A DNA stretch of 64,000 bases from Nitrososphaerota archaeon (GTDB lineage: Archaea; Thermoproteota; Nitrososphaeria_A; Caldarchaeales; Calditenuaceae). Made by a program: the position numbers and the translations under genes. The stretch covers positions 160,001-224,000 of the forward strand of contig JBEPYO010000001.1 in NCBI GenBank assembly GCA_041641295.1, written 5' to 3'. Shown here one piece after another: positions 49,357 through 59,147 of this stretch (position 1 is the first letter of the stretch; every line of letters begins with the position of its first letter). Below the pieces are notes generated by a model, which worked only from the letters and a program-made list of their open reading frames with translations, ran no database searches and was not told where the DNA came from.

Positions 49357-49704
49357 TTGGCAATGCCTGAGCCGGAGGACGAGGAGCTTGAGGAGATTCG
49401 GAGAAGGAAGATGGCTGAGCTACAGGCTCGGGCCGCACAGGAGGAGGCCAGGAGAAGGGCTGAGGCGGAGAAGGCAGCCATACTCCGCGTAGTCTTGACG
49501 CAAGAGGCCCGGCAGAGGCTTGCAAACATAAAGATGGCGCGGCCAGACGTGGCCGAGGCGGTGGAAAACTACCTAGTAAACCTAGCCCGCTCAGGTAGTC
49601 TCAAGTCCCAGATCACCGACGACCTTCTTAGACAGATTCTAGAGAAGGTAATGCCCCCTAAAAGGGAGACCAAGATAGTGAGAATGAGCAAGGACGAGTT
49701 ATAG
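49357..49704 (+). CDS. PDCD5-like DNA-binding protein
   Basis: ELEEIRRRKMAELQ, LTQEARQRLANIKMARP, ITDDLLRQIL. Confidence 0.92.
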   Translation: MAMPEPEDEELEEIRRRKMAELQARAAQEEARRRAEAEKAAILRVVLTQEARQRLANIKMARPDVAEAVENYLVNLARSGSLKSQITDDLLRQILEKVMPPKRETKIVRMSKDEL

Positions 49705-49753
49705 TCTCTAACACTCATATAGAGCTGGTTTAGAGATTAGTTGGTGAGTAGGG

Positions 49754-49906
49754 ATGGCTAAGACTCTCCCGGTTAAGAAGCGGCTCGCCTCAGCCCTCAA
49801 GAGGGCAGAGAGTGTCCCTGCTTGGATTATACTGAGGACCGGCGGTGAGATCAGGGCAAGCCGTAGACGGAGAAACTGGCGCCACTCAAGATCTATTAAG
49901 CCCTAG
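49754..49906 (+). CDS. rpl39e: 50S ribosomal protein eL39 (not in ORF track)
   Basis: Manual translation MAKTLPVKKRLASALKRAESVPAWIILRTGGEIRASRRRRNWRHSRSIKP*; canonical position before L31e. Confidence 0.92.
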   Translation: MAKTLPVKKRLASALKRAESVPAWIILRTGGEIRASRRRRNWRHSRSIKP

Positions 49907-49917
49907 GTGATGACTAC

Positions 49918-50202
49918 ATGTCCCAGCTCCGTAAGGAAGTAACATTAAACTTGAGGGAGGCTTACGAGGCCCCTAAGCTCCGCCGAGCGAAGCGAGCCCT
50001 CAACATTATACGCGAGAAGGCGGCTCGGATTGCGAAGGCTGAGAGGGTGAAGATCTCAGAGGACTTGGCTCGGTTCATCTTTTCCAGAAGCATTGAACGT
50101 CCTCCAAGAAAGGTGACTATAGTTGTGGAGAAGGACGAGGAGGGAGAAGCAATCGTGAAGCTTGGGGGTGAGGTGGCTGCCGAGCAGGGCTCAGACCAAT
50201 AG
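49918..50202 (+). CDS. rpl31e: 50S ribosomal protein eL31
   Basis: TLNLR, RRAKRA, VKISEDL..FIFSRSIERPPRKV. Confidence 0.92.
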   Translation: MSQLRKEVTLNLREAYEAPKLRRAKRALNIIREKAARIAKAERVKISEDLARFIFSRSIERPPRKVTIVVEKDEEGEAIVKLGGEVAAEQGSDQ

Positions 50203-50866
50203 TGTACTCTTCGTCGACGTCTTTGGCACCCCCCATGTAGGTCTCTTCGCAGCCAACAGTGAAGACCTCTTAATAGTTCCACCGGGTCTCCCCTCTAAGA
50301 AGGTTGGGCTTATGGCTGGCATTCTGGGCTCCAAGCCCGTCCAAACATATATTGCGGGATCCATCCTGATAGGTCCGCTCATCTGCATTAACAGCACAGG
50401 CGTGATACTGCCAAAAACAGTCCTAGAAGAGGAAATATCACTGATAAAGTCTGTGGCACCTGACCTCAACGTCTATATCTACAGGGGAAGGGAGACGGCA
50501 ATGGGTAACCTGGTGAGCGCCAACGACCACTGTGCCGTAATATCTCCCGAGGTTCAGTCAGGCGAGGTTAGGGCCATAGCCGATACACTGGGGGTCGAGG
50601 CCATATCCATGACCATAGCAGGTAGAAAGCATGTGGGCTCAATCTGTCTACTCACCAACCGGGGAGGGTTAGTTCATGTCGAGGCTACTGACGAGGAGGT
50701 TAGAGTCATTGAGGAGTACTCGAGGGTTAGGGTCCTGAGGGCTACCGTGAATAATGGAAATGTCTTCGTAAAGAGCGGTGTGCTGGCTAACACTAAGGGG
50801 GCCTTGATTGGAGCTAGGACGGTTGGGCCAGAATTAATGACGATATCGACTGCACTGGGCCTTTAA
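50162..50866 (+). CDS. eif6: Translation initiation factor 6 (aIF6)
   Basis: GTPHVGLF, AMGNLVSAND, TNRGGLVH, TVNNG, GPELMTI; start approximate. Confidence 0.92.
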   Translation: MGVRWLPSRAQTNSVLFVDVFGTPHVGLFAANSEDLLIVPPGLPSKKVGLMAGILGSKPVQTYIAGSILIGPLICINSTGVILPKTVLEEEISLIKSVAPDLNVYIYRGRETAMGNLVSANDHCAVISPEVQSGEVRAIADTLGVEAISMTIAGRKHVGSICLLTNRGGLVHVEATDEEVRVIEEYSRVRVLRATVNNGNVFVKSGVLANTKGALIGARTVGPELMTISTALGL

Positions 50867-50951
50867 CAGATCCTTAAACGGCTTCCTTGTAATACTAGGC
50901 GCCACTGAAACTGTATTTATATTATCGACACACGCTATTTGTCCTGAGGAA

Positions 50952-51404
50952 ATGAGTGTCAAGATAACCCGCGAGGACGTTGAAAGAGCCATATCGGAGC
51001 TGACCATCCTAGAGAGGATAGCCCGCGAGCTTCAGGCCCGGCTCCTAGCTCTAGAGAACTCCATAGGTGAGCACAATAGATGTCTAGAACTTCTAGACGA
51101 GATTGCGAAGTCACAGGGCGAGATTAGAGGGTTGTTGCCGATTGGTGGGGGCGTCCTTGTAGAGGGCGTTATCACGAATCCAGACATCTTCAAGGTAAAC
51201 ATCGGCGATAACGTGTTCATCGATATGTCTTTGGATAAGTGTAGAGGCTGGCTGCTTGCACGGAAGCAGAGGCTCGAGCAGGCGAGGGCAGAGGCTGGCC
51301 GGGCTTTACAGTCATATTCCGAGAGGATAGAGGCGATTAGAAGGTTTCTCGCCTCTATAGAGAGGGTGGCGGGCGCGGGTCAGGCTGGTGAGGGTGGAAC
51401 CTAG
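50952..51404 (+). CDS. pfdA: Prefoldin subunit alpha
   Basis: Coiled coil, LPIGGGV..VNIGDNVF hairpins, coiled coil; between aIF6 and ftsY. Confidence 0.88.
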   Translation: MSVKITREDVERAISELTILERIARELQARLLALENSIGEHNRCLELLDEIAKSQGEIRGLLPIGGGVLVEGVITNPDIFKVNIGDNVFIDMSLDKCRGWLLARKQRLEQARAEAGRALQSYSERIEAIRRFLASIERVAGAGQAGEGGT

Positions 51405-52313
51405 ATGCTGGAGGGCCTTAAGAAGGCCTTCCAAACACTTACTGAAAAGGTTTCCAAGACAAGGCTCTCTGAAAAGGAGCTTAGAAATGCACTTGAAGAC
51501 TTCAAACTCCAGCTTGTAAGCAGTGACGTCTCGATCGAGACAGCGGAGCATATTGCTGAACTCTTGAGGCCCAGGCTTGCAGAGGTTCAGGTTCCGAGAT
51601 TCGGCGACGGCGAGGAGGTAGTAATGAAGGTCTATCGAGACGTACTCTCTGAGATTCTACTGGACGCCTCTCCTGAAAAGCTACTTGAAGAAATCAGATT
51701 GAAGAAGGATAAGAGTGGGGAGCCTTACGTCATACTCTTCGTCGGACCGAACGGCGGAGGGAAAACCACAACAATAGCAAAGATTGCGTGGTGGCTAAAG
51801 AAGAATCGTTTAATTTCGGTTCTAGCGTGCGCCGACACCTTCAGGGCCGCCGCCATAGAGCAGGCGAAGAACTTGGCTGCACAGGTAGGTATTAGAGCCG
51901 TTAGCCAAAGGTACGGGGCCGACCCAGCTGCTGTGGCTGTGGACACCATATTATCGGCTAAGGCTGGACGGGAGCCAGTGGTGCTGATAGATACGGCCGG
52001 TAGGAGTGAGGCGAAAAAGAACCTGCTAGAGGAGATGAAGAAGATAAAGAGGACCTCAAACCCTGACTGTGTCATACTTGTGCTTGACTCGCTGACCGGC
52101 TCCACAGCCCGCGAGCAGGCGCGGATATTTCATAACGATGTGGGAGTAGACTATGTTATACTCACTAAGATGGATAGCGATTCTAGGGGTGGTCTGGCCC
52201 TAACCGTCTGCCACGAGATAAAGAGGCCGATACTGTTTATCGGAGTTGGTCAAGGTCTTGACGACCTGATACCGTTCCAAAAAGAGTTCTTAATAGAGAG
52301 AGTTCTAGCCTAG
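51405..52313 (+). CDS. ftsY: Signal recognition particle receptor FtsY
   Basis: GPNGGGKTTTIAK, DTFRAAA, IDTAGR, TKMD, GVGQ. Confidence 0.95.
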   Translation: MLEGLKKAFQTLTEKVSKTRLSEKELRNALEDFKLQLVSSDVSIETAEHIAELLRPRLAEVQVPRFGDGEEVVMKVYRDVLSEILLDASPEKLLEEIRLKKDKSGEPYVILFVGPNGGGKTTTIAKIAWWLKKNRLISVLACADTFRAAAIEQAKNLAAQVGIRAVSQRYGADPAAVAVDTILSAKAGREPVVLIDTAGRSEAKKNLLEEMKKIKRTSNPDCVILVLDSLTGSTAREQARIFHNDVGVDYVILTKMDSDSRGGLALTVCHEIKRPILFIGVGQGLDDLIPFQKEFLIERVLA

Positions 52314-53873
52314 ACTCCTTCTCATAGCGGCGGATCTTAGGAGTTCTTCTCTTGCTTCCTCCTCCTTCCCCTCAAGCAGGGAGATTAGGAAGTTCTCCAC
52401 AGTGTTGACATATTTCCGGTCTGAGAGAGTCCGTGGCCCGCATTTAATTCCGAGCAACTCCTCTGCTGTAGCTATATCTTCCATGTAGCTGGGTATGAAG
52501 CGTTCCAGAAAGTTTAGTCCAAACACCTTCTGGACATGCTGTTCCCGCTCTGCGAGGATTGAGAGGTTCTCCCAGCTGAGGTGTCTTGCGGCGAAGCTAA
52601 GATCATGAACCAAGTTGACATGAAGCTCTCGGACAGCGTCGTATTCCTCCTCTCCCAGTTCTCTGAGGGCTCTTAGCCCGATTAGCTCGGGGGGTAGGCC
52701 GAGTGAGTAGAAGAAGGCTGTGAAGGGTATGGCTCTAGGTAGGGTTGTCCCTCTGAAGGACCTAGAGTAGCTGAATAGGCCTATGTGGAGTTTTCTAGCA
52801 CGCCTCTGCGGTATGAAGCGAGACTTTGAATTTACTTCTTCAGCGGCATTTTCGAGTGAGTCTCCGTAGCTCTTCATTAGTGTCGAGATGCTTTTCAATA
52901 CTGTCTCTTCATGCTCCTTCTCAAGGAGGATCGGGCTGCCGCCCGGCAGGCTTGTATTAAGTCTCTCAATTGCCCTGACAGCAAGCTCCTTGGGATGGTC
53001 GTATCTGAACGCGGATTGAATAGTAACTGTCCACACTCCCGCGTATTCCTCGGCAAACTTCTCCACATTCGTGGGTGAGTTGTGGCCCCTGAAGGGTAGG
53101 CATCCGGCGCCGATGATTGGGTATATTGGTATACCGAGCCTCTCGTTTAGGGCCTTGCACTTTGAGAGGGCTATTTTCGCCAATAGTGTTGCGGTTATGA
53201 ACCCGTAGGTTAGAGCGGGGTCTGACCGCGCTATGAAGACCCTGAGATAGGGTGGGGCGAAGAGCTCGACGTATTTGGTAATAATGTCATCGATTTTTAT
53301 AATAGTGTCTGCGTCCTCGAAGAGGGGAATTATCTCCAAGTCCTCCGGCGTAACGTCTCCTAAGAGGTCTCTAAGCGTGAACCCTCTAAAGTCTATAGAA
53401 GAGCTAAAAGGCTCTACGACGCTCCGCCTGTAAACCTCTCTCACTCTAACCATGTCTGTGTGACTGGATGTGAATGGGAGTATAACCTCAAAAACTGCAG
53501 CCCTGTCGCCGTTGTAGAAGATTCGGGCCACATCGTTGTGGCGAGGGATCGCTTGGAGAGACTCTAAGAAGACCTTCCTCTCAGCCACCTCTATCAGAGG
53601 ATTGGGGACCCTGAACGTGAGGAACACGTCGCGTCCGAGAACCTTCTCGCGGAAGTATTCCGGATAGGTGATTAGAAGTTTCCTTACAACGTATGGATCT
53701 ATGTCCTTCCCCTCGGCATCCCACATGACCTCTTGGCAACCATACTCGGAATAGGCGAGGTAGGCCTCCCTAACCTCGTCCTCACCCGCTATCACCTCAC
53801 CACTACACCAGGAGGGGAGAACAGCGTTATCAGGGTGCTGAGACGCCATAGTCCTCGGAATAAGTCTCTCCAA
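52305..53873 (-). CDS. ppcA: Phosphoenolpyruvate carboxylase, archaeal type
   Basis: IPRTMASQHPDN, MWDAEGK, RVFIARSDPA, PFRGH, TIQSAFRYD, LPRAIPFT, RSLG end. Confidence 0.95.
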   Translation of the reverse strand: MERLIPRTMASQHPDNAVLPSWCSGEVIAGEDEVREAYLAYSEYGCQEVMWDAEGKDIDPYVVRKLLITYPEYFREKVLGRDVFLTFRVPNPLIEVAERKVFLESLQAIPRHNDVARIFYNGDRAAVFEVILPFTSSHTDMVRVREVYRRSVVEPFSSSIDFRGFTLRDLLGDVTPEDLEIIPLFEDADTIIKIDDIITKYVELFAPPYLRVFIARSDPALTYGFITATLLAKIALSKCKALNERLGIPIYPIIGAGCLPFRGHNSPTNVEKFAEEYAGVWTVTIQSAFRYDHPKELAVRAIERLNTSLPGGSPILLEKEHEETVLKSISTLMKSYGDSLENAAEEVNSKSRFIPQRRARKLHIGLFSYSRSFRGTTLPRAIPFTAFFYSLGLPPELIGLRALRELGEEEYDAVRELHVNLVHDLSFAARHLSWENLSILAEREQHVQKVFGLNFLERFIPSYMEDIATAEELLGIKCGPRTLSDRKYVNTVENFLISLLEGKEEEAREELLRSAAMRRSLG

Positions 53874-54064
53874 CCCTGTGGAGAGCGAGAGAACCCCCTA
53901 TTTATCTTAGTAACTAAAGGAGGAATAGTGACGGCCAATGTTGTGCTGGGCTTTAAAATCTTCTGCCTCTCCTTCCGGTAACGCTTTGTCAGGGTAGTGG
54001 CTGGTAAATTGAGCTGTGAGGGGAGGGAAAATCTAAAGCAAGCTAGGCCATAAAGTATCGATGG

Positions 54065-54150
54065 GCCGGGGTGGCAGAGTGGATAATGCGCAGGCCTTGA
54101 GAGCCTGTGGCCCGTTTCGGGCCGCGAGGGTTCGAATCCCTCCCCCGGCG
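54065..54150 (+). tRNA. tRNA-Ser(TGA)
   Basis: Same cloverleaf as tRNA-Ser(GGA) with anticodon loop CTTGAGA; long variable arm. Confidence 0.96.
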
Positions 54151-54212
54151 CCTTTTATAAACAGTGTTGCTGCATTCTCTTCCCTTCTGATAACTCATGC
54201 CTGATTAGACGT

Positions 54213-56531
54213 TCACCTTCTGAGCTGGGAAGACTTTAGCGCCGCTATTGCCGCCTGCCCCACTGCTATCCCTCCATCCCCCGCTGGCACCGTTTTAGGC
54301 ATAAGAACATCCACCCCCTTTCCCTCAAGAGCCTCCAACACTCCCCGAACTAGGTAGTCGTTTACAGCGGCACCACCCGACAGGGCTACAAGCCTGCGCC
54401 TCCCTATGAAGCGGCTTGCCACCAATCCCAGACCATACCCCACCGCGTGCTGCACCATGTAGCCTATCTCTCTCCTATCAGTGCCACATCTCAGGAGGTC
54501 GAGGGCCTGCAAGAGGATCTCGGCTGTATCCACGACGTATAGACCGTCGTCTCTGACGTGCACCTTAAGCCTCTCTGTAGTTGGCTTTGAGTTGTCCTCG
54601 AGGACGATTGCAGGCTCACCCTCATAGGTCCTCCGATCGCAGAATCCAAGCATTACGGATGCGGCGTCTAACACCCTTCCAGTGCTCGAAGTGAGTGGTA
54701 GGTCTCCTTCGAGCTGGTTCAACATGATGTTGAACTCCTCCCACCCCCTCCTTAACCCCCTCTCCACAATTCCCAACTCGCGAAAGACCTCTGCAAGCTC
54801 CTCCCTAGACAGCTTGTCCGAGAGTATTCCAGCCAACATCCTCGCGGGATATTCGACTGCGACGTCCCCTCCCGGCATTTTCTGGGGCTTGAGGCACCCC
54901 ACCCTCTTGAATCCGTTCAGGCTGGCGATAATCACCTCCCCGCCCCAAGCTGTACCGTCGTCTCCAAGCCCCACACCGTCAACCGCAATACCCACTACCT
55001 CCTCTTCAATGACGCCATGCTCCGCCATGACGGCCGCTATGTGGGCCCAGTGGTGCTGGACCTTAACTAGCTCGGCGCCAAACTTTCTTGACCATTCTTC
55101 GGCGAGGAGCGTTGAGGGGTAGAGGGGATGTAGGTCGGCCACCATGACTGATGACTCTACAGGTATCTGGTACGTCCTAATCAGCAGTCCCAAGTACTTC
55201 TCCAAGTCGAGGAAGGATCCATACTCGTCGACATCACCTATAAACTGTGTCAGGACTACCTTATCGTCAAACGCCACAGCACCAGCGCTCTGCAGCATAG
55301 CGCCAAACGCCACAACCTCCCTCGAGGCGCGGAATGGGAGCTGGAGCCACTTTGGTGCATATCCTCTACCCCTCCTCAGTAGTGTGAACCGTCCTGCCGT
55401 GAACCGGGCCACACTGTCATCCACTCGATTTACAATCACTCTATTGTGTGTGAGGAAGTAGTCGACTATTCCGCGCAGCCTCTCAAAGGCCTCGTCGTCT
55501 CTAGTGCACATGGGCTCGTTGTGGGGGTTGCCGCTCGTCATTATTGCGTACTTATCCCTTGTCCTTGAGAGGAGGAGGTAGTGTAGGCCGGTGTAGGGGA
55601 GGAAGACGCCGAGCTTCCTCAGGTTGGGGGCTACGAGGCGTGATATAGGCGCGTTCTCAAGAGTGGGTAGAAGCAGTATAGGCTTCTCGGGCGAGTCGAG
55701 TATTCTAATAGCGTCAGGTCCGAGTTCTACAAGGCGCGATACAGTGTCTATGTCCAAGCACATGACGGCGAAAGGCTTAGTTGGTCTCCTCTTCCTTGAG
55801 CGGAGCTCCGCTACAACATCATCATCGGTGGCCGAGGCGGCGATATGAAACCCGCCCAGCCCCTTTACGGCCACGATGTGCCCAGAGTCGATCAGCCTAG
55901 CAGCTTCATCGATAGCATCCACACCATCCGCCAACACCTCCCCCCTACCACTCTGGAGCCGGACACTCGGTCCGCAGACTGGACAGCTGATCCCCTGAGC
56001 ATGAAACCTCCTCTCATTCTCGGGGTCAGAGTAGTCTCTGAGGCAGTCTTGGCAAAGGGGGAAATCCCTCATAGCCGTGTTCTCCCTGTCGTATGGGATA
56101 CTGTATATCATGGAGTAGCGCGGCCCACAGAAGGCACATGAATTGAAAGGATATAGGTGCCAACGCGTCCTTGAGAGTATCTCTTCTAGACAATCCCTAC
56201 ATATCGAGAAGTCGGGTGGAATAATTGATCTGAAGTGCGCTGACGGGTCGCTTTGCTCGATCTTAAAATCTAGGTAGCCCTTAGGGGCTGTCTCTACGAT
56301 CGAGTACTCGTCTATCCTAGCCTTCTCTGGCTTCAACTCCCACAATAGTTTGATGAACTCCTCCACCCTCTCAGACTCGCCTTCCACATGAATCTCCACA
56401 CCGCTTCCTCCCACATTCTTCACATAGCCATTTACACCGGCCCGCCTAGCAACTCTAAAAACGAATGGCCTGAAGGCGACGCCCTGTACAATTCCTGAGA
56501 GCCTCAGCCTGACGGCCTTCAAGAGGTCCAC
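54213..56531 (-). CDS. hypF: [NiFe]-hydrogenase maturation carbamoyltransferase HypF
   Basis: Acylphosphatase domain (VQGVAFRP), Zn fingers (CRDC, CAFCGPR, CQDC, RRFHAQ..CPVCGP), KGLGGFH, QHHWAH. Confidence 0.96.
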   Translation of the reverse strand: MDLLKAVRLRLSGIVQGVAFRPFVFRVARRAGVNGYVKNVGGSGVEIHVEGESERVEEFIKLLWELKPEKARIDEYSIVETAPKGYLDFKIEQSDPSAHFRSIIPPDFSICRDCLEEILSRTRWHLYPFNSCAFCGPRYSMIYSIPYDRENTAMRDFPLCQDCLRDYSDPENERRFHAQGISCPVCGPSVRLQSGRGEVLADGVDAIDEAARLIDSGHIVAVKGLGGFHIAASATDDDVVAELRSRKRRPTKPFAVMCLDIDTVSRLVELGPDAIRILDSPEKPILLLPTLENAPISRLVAPNLRKLGVFLPYTGLHYLLLSRTRDKYAIMTSGNPHNEPMCTRDDEAFERLRGIVDYFLTHNRVIVNRVDDSVARFTAGRFTLLRRGRGYAPKWLQLPFRASREVVAFGAMLQSAGAVAFDDKVVLTQFIGDVDEYGSFLDLEKYLGLLIRTYQIPVESSVMVADLHPLYPSTLLAEEWSRKFGAELVKVQHHWAHIAAVMAEHGVIEEEVVGIAVDGVGLGDDGTAWGGEVIIASLNGFKRVGCLKPQKMPGGDVAVEYPARMLAGILSDKLSREELAEVFRELGIVERGLRRGWEEFNIMLNQLEGDLPLTSSTGRVLDAASVMLGFCDRRTYEGEPAIVLEDNSKPTTERLKVHVRDDGLYVVDTAEILLQALDLLRCGTDRREIGYMVQHAVGYGLGLVASRFIGRRRLVALSGGAAVNDYLVRGVLEALEGKGVDVLMPKTVPAGDGGIAVGQAAIAALKSSQLRR

Positions 56532-56629
56532 CGATAAGACAAGCCTGGAGACTGTCTACCCATACCAAGCAGGTGTTGCGATATATTAAGATGATAACCT
56601 TATTAAATGTTTGAGATGTTATTATATTT

Positions 56630-57799
56630 GTGGGTCAGCAAGGCGATTTACGATATCTTACGAAAAAGCTGTTCCGAGACAAAGTACTGGCATCCCAGAT
56701 CATCAGGATAATTAAGGAGTATTGGGAGCTGCTACGCGCAAGAAAAGGTGTCGAAGAGGTTAAGATAATGAACTTCTGTGGAACCCACGAATACACTACT
56801 ACCCACTATGGGATTAGGAGCGTACTCCCCCCTGGTGTTAACCTTGTGGCGGGGCCCGGATGTCCTGTCTGCATCACTCCTTCTTTTTATGTGGAGGCTG
56901 CTGTGAAGCTTGCTTTGGAGGGTTTAACCCTCTACACGTATGGTGATGCGTATAAGCTCCCGGCTGTAAAGGAGATTGATGGGTGTAGGAGCCTCTCGGA
57001 TGCCAGGATGATGGGGGCTGATGTGCGGGTAGTGTACAGCTTTTTGGATGCGATAAGGGACGCAGCCAAGCACGATAAGCCTTCTGTGTTTTTAGCCGTC
57101 GGCTTCGAGACTACATGCCCTGCCTACGCCTCGGGCATTGTCAACAGGTTGGTCCCAGAGAATCTAGCGCTCATTATGGCTGGTAGGCTGACACCGCCGG
57201 CGGCAAGGTTTGCGGTGGAGAGGGTTGGAGCTGTCTCGGGCGTGATAGCCCCTGGTCATGTATCGACAATAACTGGCGCTGGTGTCTGGAGGTTCCTGCC
57301 AGAGGAGTTCGATATTCCCACCGTGGTCTCTGGGTTTGAGCCTCTCGACGTGCTGATAGCCATCACCCTTATTCTCAAACAGCTATTGGAGGATGAGCCT
57401 AAACTCGTGATAGAGTATTCTCGGACAGTGACTATGGAGGGGAACAGGCACGCGAAGAGACTCCTCGCTGAAGTCTTCGACACGGTTGATGCTGCTTGGC
57501 GGGGAATTGGGTTCATCGAGAAGAGCGGCTATGCTCTTAACGAAAACTTCAGCAGGTACGACGCATTTAGACTGTACGGTATTAGGGAGCCGAGCAGGGA
57601 GGAGTGGCGACACGACCTCCTCCCGGGCTGCATCTGTGGGCAAGTGATACTGGGAGCCGCTAAGCCCACCGACTGCAGACTCTTCATGAAGAGATGTACA
57701 CCAGGCACACCATATGGGCCTTGCATGGTCTCTGTTGAGGGGTCATGCTCAATCTGGGCTAGGATGGGTGGCCGAGAGGCCCTCGTAGAGGTGGTGTGA
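56630..57799 (+). CDS. hypD: Hydrogenase maturation protein HypD
   Basis: CGTHE, GPGCPVC, GFETT, PGHVS, GFEP, C-terminal Fe-S Cys (GPCMVSVEGSC). Confidence 0.96.
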   Translation: MGQQGDLRYLTKKLFRDKVLASQIIRIIKEYWELLRARKGVEEVKIMNFCGTHEYTTTHYGIRSVLPPGVNLVAGPGCPVCITPSFYVEAAVKLALEGLTLYTYGDAYKLPAVKEIDGCRSLSDARMMGADVRVVYSFLDAIRDAAKHDKPSVFLAVGFETTCPAYASGIVNRLVPENLALIMAGRLTPPAARFAVERVGAVSGVIAPGHVSTITGAGVWRFLPEEFDIPTVVSGFEPLDVLIAITLILKQLLEDEPKLVIEYSRTVTMEGNRHAKRLLAEVFDTVDAAWRGIGFIEKSGYALNENFSRYDAFRLYGIREPSREEWRHDLLPGCICGQVILGAAKPTDCRLFMKRCTPGTPYGPCMVSVEGSCSIWARMGGREALVEVV

Positions 57800-57800
57800 C

Positions 57801-58097
57801 TTGTGTCTGGGAGTTTACGGTAAGGTGGTGAGGGTTGAGGGAGAGTTGGCAGTCGTAGACTTTGGAGGCGGGCTGATTAAGGATGCTCTTGTGGGTGTGG
57901 AGGAGGTTAGAGAAGGAGACTACGTAGTGGTTCACGCGGGCATTATAGTTTCGCGACTCAGTGAGGAAGAATTTACGGAAGTTTTTCGATATGTCGAGGA
58001 AGCTGCTAGACAGTTAGCCCAGACCGAGAGCAGGGTTGCCGAATACTTGGAGAGTATGAGGGTGAGGTTGCAGGAAAATCTCTCAGGACAAAAGTGA
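57801..58097 (+). CDS. hypC: Hydrogenase maturation chaperone HypC
   Basis: MCLG N-terminus, VDFGG, GDYVVVHAG. Confidence 0.95.
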   Translation: MCLGVYGKVVRVEGELAVVDFGGGLIKDALVGVEEVREGDYVVVHAGIIVSRLSEEEFTEVFRYVEEAARQLAQTESRVAEYLESMRVRLQENLSGQK

Positions 58098-58104
58098 TGG
58101 CACT

Positions 58105-59130
58105 GTGAGTAAGATCTCCCTCGCACATGGTTCTGGGGGGATAGAAACCTCCCAGCTACTAGCTAGGCTGATACTTAACAGGCTCCCAGAGTGGATGAAA
58201 AGCCCCGATGGAGGCTTAGGCCTAGACTTCCCAGACGACTCGGCGGCAATCCCAGTAGGCAGTGGCTACGTTGTAACAACAATTGACGCATACACTGTTA
58301 GTCCCATCTTTTTCCCCGGGGGAGACCTCGGCAAGCTGGCTGCGGCCGGCACTATAAACGATATACTCATGCTTGGAGGCAAGCCCGTCGCCGTTCTCGA
58401 CGCAATAGTTATCGAGGAAGGCACAAGCATGGACGACCTCTCCAGGCTCGTGGGGTCTATGATCAGTCTTTTGCAGGAGGAGAAGGTATGTCTCGTCGGG
58501 GGAGACATTAAGGTAATGCCGAGGGGACAGCTCGACGGCATTTTAATAACCACAGCCGGAATAGGAGTCGCGTCAAAAATAATAGCCGATAAGAACATCA
58601 GGCCGGGCGACAAGATAATCATCTCGGGCACCATCGGTGAGCATGGGGCGGCAATCCTAGCTGCCCAACAGGGGATAAAGTCTGATGAGTTTAAGAGCGA
58701 TGTGTCCCCACTGACCAAGCTGATGCTCCCCCTAATCGAGGACTATGCCGAAGACATTCACGCGGCTAGGGACCCTACACGGGGTGGAGTCGCCATGGCG
58801 TTGAACGACTGGGCTAGGGGCTCCCAGACCATGATTGTGATGTATGAGTCGGAGCTACCAATAAGAGAGCCGGTGGTAAACCTCTGCGAGATGATGGGAG
58901 TGGACCCTTTGAACCTCGCCTCTGAAGGTACAGCACTACTAGCCGTATCACCCGAGAAGGCGGAGGAAGTTCTGTCCCGGATGCATGAGCTGGGGTATAG
59001 GGAGGCGCGTATAATAGGCGAGGCTAGGGAGAGAGCCTCTAGCGTTGGGCTGGTTGTCCTAAAGACATTGATTGGAGGTGCGAGAATACTTGAGCCACCC
59101 AGTGGAGAGCTGGTTCCACGTATCTGCTAA
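58105..59130 (+). CDS. hypE: Hydrogenase maturation protein HypE
   Basis: LAHGSGG, FFPGGDLGKLA, RDPTRGG, C-terminal PRIC. Confidence 0.96.
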   Translation: MSKISLAHGSGGIETSQLLARLILNRLPEWMKSPDGGLGLDFPDDSAAIPVGSGYVVTTIDAYTVSPIFFPGGDLGKLAAAGTINDILMLGGKPVAVLDAIVIEEGTSMDDLSRLVGSMISLLQEEKVCLVGGDIKVMPRGQLDGILITTAGIGVASKIIADKNIRPGDKIIISGTIGEHGAAILAAQQGIKSDEFKSDVSPLTKLMLPLIEDYAEDIHAARDPTRGGVAMALNDWARGSQTMIVMYESELPIREPVVNLCEMMGVDPLNLASEGTALLAVSPEKAEEVLSRMHELGYREARIIGEARERASSVGLVVLKTLIGGARILEPPSGELVPRIC

Positions 59131-59147
59131 GCGTTTGAGACCATATG

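Noticed and set aside
31416-54150. Near-identical tRNA-Ser copies as attL/attR of an integrated element
   Set aside because: Both are complete tRNAs with different anticodons; the interval holds core genes (r-proteins, ftsY, atpI) and no integrase
54065-54150. tRNA-Sec or a UGA suppressor
   Set aside because: The anticodon is TGA (reads UCA, Ser), not TCA, and the acceptor stem is a standard 7 bp
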